The notes beneath the pieces are model-generated. The model worked only from the letters and a program-made list of their open reading frames with translations. It was not told where the DNA came from and did not search any database. 64,000 nt of DNA from Myxococcota bacterium (GTDB lineage: Bacteria > Myxococcota_A > UBA9160 > UBA6930): positions 523-64,522 of the forward strand of contig DATBRS010000237.1 of assembly GCA_036560185.1 (NCBI GenBank). Direction: 5' to 3'. The position numbers and the translations under genes were made by a program. Below, one piece after another: positions 9,653-21,715 of the stretch (within the stretch, counting starts at the first letter, position 1; every line of letters begins with the position of its first letter).

Positions 9653-10606
9653 CTAGAAGTGCCGGTACCCGCCCGCGCGGACCGCGCGCGGCAGGCCCAA
9701 CACCGCCGGCTTCCCCGCCTCGATGCGCCCGATCTCCGTAACGGCGAGCCCGAGCCTCCGGCTGAGCGCTTCGGCCCGTGCGGTCGCGCCGCGCGCCGTG
9801 AAGAGCAGCTCGTAGTCCTCGCCCCCCGCGAGTGCGAGGCGCTGCGGGTCGACGCCTGCGCGCGCACAAGCGGCCGCGAACCCGCGCGGCACCGGCACCC
9901 GCGCCGCGTCGATGCGCGCCCGCACGCCCGACGCGCGGCAGACGTGCGCGAGGTCGCCCGCGATGCCGTCCGAGACGTCGATGCAGGCGCCGATACCGCG
10001 CAGCCCCGCGAGCGCCCGCCCGGCCGCGAGGCGCGGTTCGGGCGCCCCGCGTACGTGCCCACGCGCCCGCGCGAGCGCGGCGCCGCCGAGTGTCCCGGTG
10101 ACGAACACGCGATCCCCGGCGCGCGCGCCGCGGCGCAGCAACGCAGCGCCGCGCCTCACCGCACCGATCGCGGTGATCGCGACGCTGATCTCCCGCGCGC
10201 GCGCGACGTTTCCGCCGACGAGCGGACACGCACAGCGCACCGCGAGCTCCAGCATCCCGCGCGCGAGCCCGAGCGCCCGCGCGAGCGGCGTCGCTGCGGG
10301 GGCAGCGAGCGCCACCACGAAGCCGAGCGGCCGCGCGCCCATCGCTGCGAGATCGGACAAGTTCGCCGCGAGTGCCCGCCGCCCCGCCACCCGCGGCGTC
10401 TCCTGCGCGAAATCGAAGTGCACCCCCTCGACGAGCGCATCCGTCGTCACGACGACGTCCTCATCCGCCCGCACCCGCAGCAGCGCAGCGTCGTCCCCGA
10501 TCCCGAGCACCAACCCGGCAAACCGCGTCCGCCCAAACGCCCGCCGAGCCATCCCCTCGATACGCGCGATCAGCCCGAACTCTCCGACGTCGCGAATCGC
10601 CAACAC
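9653..10606 (-). CDS. thiL: Thiamine-monophosphate kinase
   Basis: 317 aa. GEFGLIARI...GIGDDAALL...[13 protein letters not shown] is the typical ThiL/AIR-synthase-related N-terminus. Confidence 0.9.
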   Translation of the reverse strand: MLAIRDVGEFGLIARIEGMARRAFGRTRFAGLVLGIGDDAALLRVRADEDVVVTTDALVEGVHFDFAQETPRVAGRRALAANLSDLAAMGARPLGFVVALAAPAATPLARALGLARGMLELAVRCACPLVGGNVARAREISVAITAIGAVRRGAALLRRGARAGDRVFVTGTLGGAALARARGHVRGAPEPRLAAGRALAGLRGIGACIDVSDGIAGDLAHVCRASGVRARIDAARVPVPRGFAAACARAGVDPQRLALAGGEDYELLFTARGATARAEALSRRLGLAVTEIGRIEAGKPAVLGLPRAVRAGGYRHF

Positions 10607-10704
10607 GTCCGCACACTACTCGACTCGCGAACGCAGCCATCCGACGCGACCCCCAACAACTCCGCCAGCGAAGCGCGCGCCGCCCACTCCCCTCACCAGC
10701 ACGA

Positions 10705-10868
10705 GCCGCGCGGGCGGGCGGGGGTCGCGGAGCCGAACCCCAGGCGCAGGCCGCCCCCGTGAAGGGACGCCTCGCTCATTCTCCCCACCCGAACGCAACG
10801 CAACGCCGACCGCCAACGCGCAGCGGCCGAGCGGGTGAGCGAAGCGAGCCCCCGCCCGCCCGCGCGGC
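10705..10868. repeat. 20-bp perfect all-G/C inverted repeat enclosing 124 nt (lon-thiL spacer)
   Basis: GCCGCGCGGGCGGGCGGGGG at 10705..10724 and its exact reverse complement CCCCCGCCCGCCCGCGCGGC at 10849..10868. Four more bp (TCGC/GCGA) pair after a 1-nt bulge. Confidence 0.9.
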
Positions 10869-10929
10869 GCTGCTCGCACCAAAGCTCCTCGGCGGCGAGT
10901 CCTCGATGCCGCCGGTCTTCGCGCCGCCT

Positions 10930-13350
<2,421 letters not shown>

Positions 13351-13454
13351 CTGGCGAAGTTTCGACGCTGCGAACGGGCGACTTGAGGCAAAGCACCCGA
13401 CTCGCCGTGCGCTGCGCTGCCGGGTAGATCTCCGCTCGGCGTCGCCTCGCTGCG

Positions 13455-15545
13455 CTAGCGGCCTGCCTCGCTCTTCGGCGCCGCGACCGGTGCAGGCGGC
13501 GCGCTGCGAGCGCGCAAGAAGGGTGCGCCGCCCGCCTCGTCCACCGACATGAAGGCTCCCCGCTCGACGCCGACGAGGTGCGGGCGCTTGGTGACGCGGC
13601 CCGCGCGGTCGATCGAGATCACGCCCGAGGCGCCCGCCTGCAGCGAGCCCGCACGCAGGCGCTTCGTCACGCCGTCGCGGTCGTCGGCGCCCGCGAGCAG
13701 CTCGCGCACGAACAGCTGCATCGCGTCGTAGGCCTGCGCCGCGAGATAGGTCGGCGTGCGCGCGAAAGCGCGCTGGTACGCAGACTGGAACGCCATCAGC
13801 TGCGGCTGATTGCTGCCGGCGAAGAATCCGCTCGGGAAGATCGCGCCGTCGACGTGCTGCCCCGCGAGCGTGAGCAGCCCGCGCTCGTGCCAGCCGCTCG
13901 TGCCCAACAAGCGTACGCCCAGCACGTTCTGGAACGCGAGGTGCGGCGCGATCAGCCCGACGGTGTCGGCGGAGTCCGGAATGAAGAGCGCCTCGAAGTC
14001 GACGTACGGCGGGAGCGGCGTCCCGTCGGGCGCGGTGAGTGCGTCGGCTTTGGCGCGCAGCTCCGCGGCGGCAGGCGGCGGAAGGCGCTTCGCGCGCTTG
14101 CGCATCGCCTCGCGTTCGCCGGTGGCCGCGAGGGCGCCGGACGGCAGCAGCTCGTAGCCGACGAGGCGGCGGATCGGCGTCGAGAAATCTTGCGTGTCCG
14201 GCGCGTAGCGCGCGACCGCGACCACCTCGCCGTCGCGCGCCGTCACGGCATCCCAGAACGCCGCGCGCACCGAGAGGCCATAGCCGTCGTCGGGATACAG
14301 CAGCGCGAAGCGGTGGAGTCCGAGCGTCGCGATCGCGTACTCCGCGACGAGCTCGGCCTCGACACGCGGCGAGAGCGCGAGGGGAAACACGTGCTTGCGC
14401 CCGACCGCGATCTCCTCGCGCCGCGACAGCGTCATCAGGGGCAGCTCGTTCTCCTCGGCGATCTCGGCTGCGGCTTCGGCCTCGTCGCCGCTGAGCGGGC
14501 CGACGACGCCGATCACCTCGGGATCGGCGGCGAAAGCCTCGAGCGCCTCGCGCGCGCCCTCGGCGCTGCCGCGCGTGTCGCGCACGTCCAGCGTGAGCCC
14601 GGGCGCGGGCGAGCCGGGCGCGCGGAAGAAGCCCGCCGCGATCAAGGCGCCCTGCAGAGATTCCTCGCCGTACTCCGCGAGCTCGCCGGTCAGCGGGAGC
14701 GCGATGCCAATCACGGCGCGCGCGCGCGAGGCCTCGAGGCCCACATCGGGCGACGCGGCCAGACCCAACAAGTCCTGGGCGCCGCGGTCACCCGCGAGCT
14801 TCTGCACCAGCTGCGCGAGCGCAGCGGCGTCGCCCCCGGCGAGCGGCGCGCGGCGCGCCTCTTCGAGCGCAGCCTCTGCGGCTTCGCGATCACCGCGCGC
14901 GAGGGCGCGCTCCGCGCTGCGGAGCCACATGCGCGCCGCGGGCACGCGCTTGCCGAGCGCGCTGGCGGCGCGCACCAGCGCATCATCGTCGAGCGCCGCG
15001 ATCTCGCGATCGATCTCGCCGTCGACCGCCGCAACGCTCGCGCTGCCGCGCACGTCGCCGCGCAGCTGCCCGAGCCAGCGCAGCTGCGCGCGCTTCTTGC
15101 CGAGCTCCGGCGCGAGGTCCGCCAGCATGCGATGCGCCTGCTCGCGCTCGGGGGCCGAGAGCGCGGTGAAGCCGAGCGTGCGCGCGGTCTCGTAGGCGCG
15201 CGGCAGATCGTTCCCCACGCGCAGCAGCTGCGCGAGGCGCAGCCGCGCGCGCTCGGTCTGATCGCCGGGCGGCAGATCGAGCACGCGCTCGAGCATCGCG
15301 CGCGCGTCGCGGCGCTGGCCCGCCTGTTGGTAGATCTCCGCGACGCGCAGGCCCGCGTCGTCGGCGAGCGGGTGCCGCGGGTTCTTGCGCATGAACTCCG
15401 CGAGCTGCTCCGCGCCGTGCTCGGGATTCTCGCTCGCGACGCGCAGCGCCTCGGAGTAGGCGCGCTCGGGTGCGGGCTCCTCCTCCGCCGCCGCGGCGAG
15501 CGCCACGAACGCGAGCACGGCGAGCGTCGCGCGAGCCGCACGCAT
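13455..15545 (-). CDS. Secreted TPR-repeat plus type-I periplasmic-binding-fold (LivK/LpoA-like) protein
   Basis: Real start is the ATG at 15545 ([20 protein letters not shown] signal peptide), inside track ORF 13455..16214. The region upstream of it overlaps dnaJ. TPR-like helices are followed by IGIALPLTGELAEYGEESLQGA...VIGVVGPLSGDEAEAAA. The ATG shares nt 15545 with the dnaJ TGA. Confidence 0.75.
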   Translation of the reverse strand: MRAARATLAVLAFVALAAAAEEEPAPERAYSEALRVASENPEHGAEQLAEFMRKNPRHPLADDAGLRVAEIYQQAGQRRDARAMLERVLDLPPGDQTERARLRLAQLLRVGNDLPRAYETARTLGFTALSAPEREQAHRMLADLAPELGKKRAQLRWLGQLRGDVRGSASVAAVDGEIDREIAALDDDALVRAASALGKRVPAARMWLRSAERALARGDREAAEAALEEARRAPLAGGDAAALAQLVQKLAGDRGAQDLLGLAASPDVGLEASRARAVIGIALPLTGELAEYGEESLQGALIAAGFFRAPGSPAPGLTLDVRDTRGSAEGAREALEAFAADPEVIGVVGPLSGDEAEAAAEIAEENELPLMTLSRREEIAVGRKHVFPLALSPRVEAELVAEYAIATLGLHRFALLYPDDGYGLSVRAAFWDAVTARDGEVVAVARYAPDTQDFSTPIRRLVGYELLPSGALAATGEREAMRKRAKRLPPPAAAELRAKADALTAPDGTPLPPYVDFEALFIPDSADTVGLIAPHLAFQNVLGVRLLGTSGWHERGLLTLAGQHVDGAIFPSGFFAGSNQPQLMAFQSAYQRAFARTPTYLAAQAYDAMQLFVRELLAGADDRDGVTKRLRAGSLQAGASGVISIDRAGRVTKRPHLVGVERGAFMSVDEAGGAPFLRARSAPPAPVAAPKSEAGR

Positions 15546-16648
15546 CAATCGAAGAGGTCCCGGACCTTGTCGAGGAAGCCCTTCGTGAAGGGCGCAGCCT
15601 CGGCGCCGCTCTCCGCGGCGAACTGCTCGAGCAGCGCGCGCTGCTTCGCGTTCAGCCGCGACGGCACCTCCACGAAGATGCGCACGTGGAGATCGCCGCG
15701 CGCGCTCGAGTTCACGCTCGGCACGCCCTTCCCGCGCAGCCGGAACGTCTTCCCCGACTGCGTGCCCTCCGGAATCTTCAGCTTGACGCGCCCTTCGAGG
15801 GTCGGGACGTCGATCTCCGCGCCGAGCGCCGCCTGCGTCAGCAGCACCGGCACCTCGCATAACAAGTCGGGGCCCTCGCGCTTGAAGAGCGGGTGCTCGT
15901 TGACGGCCATCACCACGTACAGATCGCCGGCCTGTCCGCCGGCGAGGCCCGCTTCGCCTTCGCCCGCCACGCGCAGCCGCATGCCGTCTTCGACGCCCGC
16001 GGGCACGCGCACTTTCAGCGTCTTCTTGCCCTCGGTGCGGCCGCTCCCGCGGCAGGTCGTGCACGGGCTGCGCACCACGGAGCCCTCGCCGCGGCACGCC
16101 TCGCAGGGCCGGCTGATGCGGAACAAGCCCTGCTGGAAGACGGTCTGACCCGTGCCCCCACAGCGGCCGCAGCGTTCGGGCTGCGTGCCCGGCTTCGCGC
16201 CGCTGCCGCTGCACTTCTCGCAGCGCAGCATGCGCGGGATCTCGATCGTGGCCTCTTCGCCGCTGAGCACGTCCTCGAGGTCGAGCGTGTGCGTGTAGCG
16301 CAGGTCGGCGCCGCGCTGGCCGCGCCCGCCGCGCCGTCCGCCCATGGCGCCGAACAAGTCGCCGAAGAGGTCGTTGAAGATGTCGCCGACGTTCCCGAAG
16401 TCGCCTTGGAATCCGCCGGGGCCGCCGACCGCCTGGTGGCCGAACTGGTCGTACTGGCGGCGCTTCGCGTCGTCGGAGAGCACGGCGTACGCCTCCGAGG
16501 CCTCCTTGAACTTCTCCTCCGCCGCCGGATCGTCCGAGCCGCGGTCGGGGTGGTATTGGAGCGCGAGCTTCCGGTACGCCTTTTTCAGCTCGTCGCCCGA
16601 CGCCGTGCGGACGACGCCGAGAACTTCGTAGTAATCCCGCTTGCTCAC
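15545..16648 (-). CDS. dnaJ: Co-chaperone DnaJ
   Basis: 367 aa with a GTG start. J domain with HPD (ALQYHPDRG), a G/F region, and four CxxCxGxG zinc-finger repeats. Confidence 0.97.
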   Translation of the reverse strand: MSKRDYYEVLGVVRTASGDELKKAYRKLALQYHPDRGSDDPAAEEKFKEASEAYAVLSDDAKRRQYDQFGHQAVGGPGGFQGDFGNVGDIFNDLFGDLFGAMGGRRGGRGQRGADLRYTHTLDLEDVLSGEEATIEIPRMLRCEKCSGSGAKPGTQPERCGRCGGTGQTVFQQGLFRISRPCEACRGEGSVVRSPCTTCRGSGRTEGKKTLKVRVPAGVEDGMRLRVAGEGEAGLAGGQAGDLYVVMAVNEHPLFKREGPDLLCEVPVLLTQAALGAEIDVPTLEGRVKLKIPEGTQSGKTFRLRGKGVPSVNSSARGDLHVRIFVEVPSRLNAKQRALLEQFAAESGAEAAPFTKGFLDKVRDLFD

Positions 16649-16692
16649 GTCCGCTGCGCCCCTCGAAGCCGCGGCACCTTAGCCATCCCTCT

Positions 16693-16706
16693 CCGCAGCG
16701 CTGCGG
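16693..16706 (-). other. Perfect 14-nt palindrome hairpin between dnaK and dnaJ (possible attenuator)
   Basis: CCGCAGCGCTGCGG lies 10 nt downstream of the dnaK stop. No U-tract follows. Confidence 0.3.
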
Positions 16707-16715
16707 CCGCGCGAG

Positions 16716-18536
<1,821 letters not shown>

Positions 18537-18577
18537 CGCTGCCGCGCCCCCCACCGGCGCTCAGCGAGCGACGCCGG

Positions 18578-19294
18578 TCAGTTCTCGGGCTCCGTTTCTT
18601 CGGGCTTCGTCTTCGGCGCCACCGCCACCACCACGCGCGCCGGTCGTAACAAGCGATCGCGCAGCCGGTAGCCTTTTTGGTAGACGCGAGCGACGCTGCC
18701 TGGCGTTACGGATCCCTCCTCCATCTGCGCGACGGCCTCGTGGACGTTCGGATCGAACGCGACCCCCTCGGCCTCGATCACCTCGACGGCGTGCTTGCCG
18801 AGCACCGTGACGAGCTCTCGCTGGGCGAGTTCGACGCCCTGCAACAGCGCGACCAAGTCCTTGGCTCCACTCCCTTTCGCGTGATCCACCGCGCGCTCGA
18901 GGTTATCGACCGTGTTGAGCAGCTCCTTGACGAGGTTCTCGTGCCCATACTGGAGCACCTCTTGCCGCTCCCGGAGCTGGCGCCGCCGCAGGTTGTCGAG
19001 GTCGGCCGACGTCCGGACGTAGCGATCCTGGTTGGCGGCCGCTTCGCGCTTGGCCGTCTCCAGCTCGGCCTTGGCCGCGTCGAGCTCCCGGCCGAGCTTC
19101 TCGCACTCCGCCTTGTAGGCCTGGATCAGCGATTCCGTGGCGTCGGGCTTGCCCTCGCGGGCGCCGGCCGCCGGGCGGCCGCCGACCGCGGCTTCTGCCT
19201 CGCGCAGTGCCGCCTCGAGCTCGGCCCCCATCTCGAGCTTCCCGCCCGGGGCTTCCTCGCCCGCGTCTTCACTCTGCTTGGGTCGGTCGCTCAC
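18578..19294 (-). CDS. grpE: Nucleotide exchange factor GrpE
   Basis: C-terminal 238 aa of track ORF 18578..20839 (DRYVRTSADLDNLRRR...GYRLRDRLLRPARVVV). The GTG start at 19294 overlaps the hrcA stop (GTGA). Confidence 0.9.
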   Translation of the reverse strand: MSDRPKQSEDAGEEAPGGKLEMGAELEAALREAEAAVGGRPAAGAREGKPDATESLIQAYKAECEKLGRELDAAKAELETAKREAAANQDRYVRTSADLDNLRRRQLRERQEVLQYGHENLVKELLNTVDNLERAVDHAKGSGAKDLVALLQGVELAQRELVTVLGKHAVEVIEAEGVAFDPNVHEAVAQMEEGSVTPGSVARVYQKGYRLRDRLLRPARVVVAVAPKTKPEETEPEN

Positions 19295-20313
19295 GCTCGC
19301 GCTTGCTCCGAGAGGAGCTTCGAGACATAGCGAACGAGCGGGATCACGCGCGCGAAGTCCATGCGCCCGGGGCCGATCACGCCGAGTGTGCCGGTGCTGG
19401 CGCCTCTCCGGCCGTAGCGCGTCGCGACGAACGCGAGGCCCTCGAGCCCGTCGGCGGCGAGCTCGGCGCCGAATGCGACGCGAACGCCGCTGGCGTCGAG
19501 CACTTGGTCTAGCAGGCCGAGCAGGCGCTCCTTGTCCTCGACGGCTCGCAGCAGCGCGCGCACGCGCGCCGGGTCGTGAAACTCGGGCTGGTCGAGCAGC
19601 GCGAGGCGCGTCGCGATCACGACGTCGTGCTCGCTCGCGTCGGCGGCCAGCGGCAGGTCGCGCACCAGCCGCTCCAAGAGCAGGTCCGCCCGCGTGCTCA
19701 GCGCCGCGGCTTCGGCGACTAGCCGGCTCCGGATCTCGCGCAGCGTGGTGCCTGCGAGCCGCTCGCACAGAGCCGCGGCCATGCGGTCGAGCTCGGCCTG
19801 ATCCCCCTGCCCGGCGTGCTCGACGACGCGCTGATAGGCGCGTCCGCTCTCGGAGACGAGCACCGCCAGCACGCGCTCGCTCGAGAGCCGTGCGAAGGAC
19901 AGGTGTCGCAGGACGACTTCCTCGAGGCGCGGCGGCACAACGAAGCCGAGCAGGCGCGTGGTCTCGGAGAGCAGCCGCGAAGCGCTCTCGTCGAGGCTCG
20001 CGCCCTCCTCGAGCCGGCCTTCGAGGTCGCGCTTCTCGAAGCTGCCGAGCTCGCGCACCGCGAGCAGCTGATCCACGAAGGCGCGCATGCCGCGCGCCGT
20101 GGGCACGCGGCCCGCCGAGCGATGCGGCTTGTCGACCAGCCCGATCTCTTCGAGCTCTGCGAGGGTGTTGCGGACGCTCTGCGGCGACAGGTGGACCGGC
20201 AGCAGCGAAGCGATCGTGTCCGACGCGACCGGCGCCGCGTCTCCGACGAAGCACGACACCACGGCGCGCAGCACGTTGCCCTGTCGTTGCGACAGCAGCG
20301 CCGGTGCGGCCAC
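19291..20313 (-). CDS. hrcA: Heat-inducible transcription repressor HrcA
   Basis: Proposed GTG start at 20313 gives 340 aa. N-terminal winged-helix region QRQGNVLRAVV...LSPQSVRNTLAELEEIGLVDKPHRSAGRVPT. The start is uncertain. Confidence 0.88.
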   Translation of the reverse strand: MAAPALLSQRQGNVLRAVVSCFVGDAAPVASDTIASLLPVHLSPQSVRNTLAELEEIGLVDKPHRSAGRVPTARGMRAFVDQLLAVRELGSFEKRDLEGRLEEGASLDESASRLLSETTRLLGFVVPPRLEEVVLRHLSFARLSSERVLAVLVSESGRAYQRVVEHAGQGDQAELDRMAAALCERLAGTTLREIRSRLVAEAAALSTRADLLLERLVRDLPLAADASEHDVVIATRLALLDQPEFHDPARVRALLRAVEDKERLLGLLDQVLDASGVRVAFGAELAADGLEGLAFVATRYGRRGASTGTLGVIGPGRMDFARVIPLVRYVSKLLSEQARA

Positions 20314-20345
20314 TCGCGGTTGTGTGTTCCCCGGACCTGAAGGCA

Positions 20346-20394
20346 CGGCGCGCTCTCCCCGTGCAAGTGTGCGCGCCGACGCAGGCGCGGTCAA
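20346..20394 (-). promoter_or_regulatory. Candidate hrcA promoter (TTGACC / CACACT, 17-nt spacer) with an 8-bp inverted repeat covering the -10
   Basis: Minus strand has TTGACC (20394..20389), a 17-nt spacer, then CACACT. CGGCGCGC (20378..20371) and GCGCGCCG (20353..20346) flank a 17-nt spacer. This is not a CIRCE sequence. Confidence 0.25.
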
Positions 20395-20477
20395 CGCGCA
20401 CAAGCGTCGAGCTCGGCTTGCTCGGATCGAGGCCGCTGCTCGACTTCGCTCGGCCCTCGCTCCGCGTGCACTGGTGC

Positions 20478-21665
20478 TCACACGAAACGTGCTGCGACCT
20501 CGTCGGCGAACAGCCAGCCAGCCGGGCTGAGCGCGAGATCGCCGTTCGAGCGCTCGAGGACGTGGCCGGCCGCGCGGGCGGCGTCGATCGCGGGCGCGAA
20601 GAACGTGCGCGGCGGTGCCCCGAACTCGGCTGCGAACGCCCGCGCCTCGAGGCCCTCGCGCGTGCGCAGCGCCAGGAACACGGCCTCGCTGCGGGCAGTC
20701 TCCTCGGCGAGCACCTCGCGCTCGGGCGGCTCGCAGCGCCCGCCCTCGATGCGCGCGAGATAGTCCTCCAACCCGCGCTCGTTCGCGCTGCGTGCACCGA
20801 AGGGCTCGCCCGCGCGCGGCGGCTCGTGCGAGTGCGCACCGACGCCGAGGCCGAGCACTGGGCGCCGCTGCCAGTAGCGGCGGTTGTGGCGGGCGGCGTG
20901 GCCGGGGCGCGCCCAGCTCGAGACCTCGTAGCGCTCTAGCCCGGCAGCTTCGAACGCCGCGCCGAGCGCCAGCATCATGTCCGCGGCGGTGTCGTCGTCG
21001 GGGACCGCGAGCTTGTCCGCCGCGACGGCACGGGCGAAGGGCGTACCCGGCTCGAGTGTGAGGGCGTAAGCGGAGACGTGCTCGGGGCGATGCCCGAGGG
21101 CGGCGGCCGCGTCGCCACGCACCGCGTCCAGCGTCTGAGACGGCGCGCCGAAGATCAGGTCGAGGGACAGATTCGCGAAGCCGGCGGCTCGCGCGGCCTC
21201 GATGAAGGCGCCGGCTTCCGCGCCGCGATGGGCGCGCCCGAGGCGGCGCAGCGTGTCGTCGTCGAACGACTGGACGCCGATCGAGAGGCGCGTGACGCCG
21301 GCGGCTCGAAACGCCGCCAGGCGCTCGCGCTCGGTGGTGCTCGGATTCGCCTCGAGGGTGACCTCTTCGAGCGGGCCGTCCCAGGCAGCCCGGACGGCCT
21401 CGATCAAGCGGGAGACGGATCCGGGCGTGAGCAGAGACGGCGTCCCGCCCCCGAGGTAGAGGGTTGCGAGGCGGTGGCCCGCGAACCCGTCGCGCCGCCC
21501 TTCCAGCTCGGCGAGCAGCGCCGCGACGTAGCGCTCCTCGTCAGCGCGCCGGAGCGTCCGGGCCGCGACGACCGGGAAGTCGCAATACGGGCAAATCCGC
21601 TCACAGAACGGCACGTGGAGGTACACGCCGAGCGTCGGATTTCCGCGTTCAATAATGGCTGTCAC
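20478..21665 (-). CDS. hemW: Radical SAM heme chaperone HemW (HemN-like, oxygen-independent coproporphyrinogen oxidase family)
   Basis: 395 aa. CxxxCxxC motif in LHVPFCERICPYCDF, plus a HemN C-terminal domain. Confidence 0.9.
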   Translation of the reverse strand: MTAIIERGNPTLGVYLHVPFCERICPYCDFPVVAARTLRRADEERYVAALLAELEGRRDGFAGHRLATLYLGGGTPSLLTPGSVSRLIEAVRAAWDGPLEEVTLEANPSTTERERLAAFRAAGVTRLSIGVQSFDDDTLRRLGRAHRGAEAGAFIEAARAAGFANLSLDLIFGAPSQTLDAVRGDAAAALGHRPEHVSAYALTLEPGTPFARAVAADKLAVPDDDTAADMMLALGAAFEAAGLERYEVSSWARPGHAARHNRRYWQRRPVLGLGVGAHSHEPPRAGEPFGARSANERGLEDYLARIEGGRCEPPEREVLAEETARSEAVFLALRTREGLEARAFAAEFGAPPRTFFAPAIDAARAAGHVLERSNGDLALSPAGWLFADEVAARFV

Positions 21666-21715
21666 CGCCGAAACATAGGGGCAGCGGAGGGCTCCGCCGT
21701 TACCCTTCGCGCCCC

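Noticed and set aside
10607-10704. TPP riboswitch upstream of thiL.
   Set aside because: The conserved CUGAGA and ACCUGAUCUGGAUAAUGCCAGCG-type elements are absent on the minus strand.
10687-10770. 27-codon ORF (MSEASLHGGGLRLGFGSATPARPRGSCW) on the minus strand in the lon-thiL spacer.
   Set aside because: The SD-like GGGGAGA abuts the ATG with no spacer. The composition is non-coding-like, and it runs through one arm of the inverted repeat.
20314-20477. CIRCE operator upstream of hrcA (also checked 18537..18577 and 16649..16715).
   Set aside because: No TTAGCACTC or GAGTGCTAA half-site is present. TGAGCACCAGTGCAC at the hemW end only superficially resembles a half-site and lacks the 9-nt spacer.
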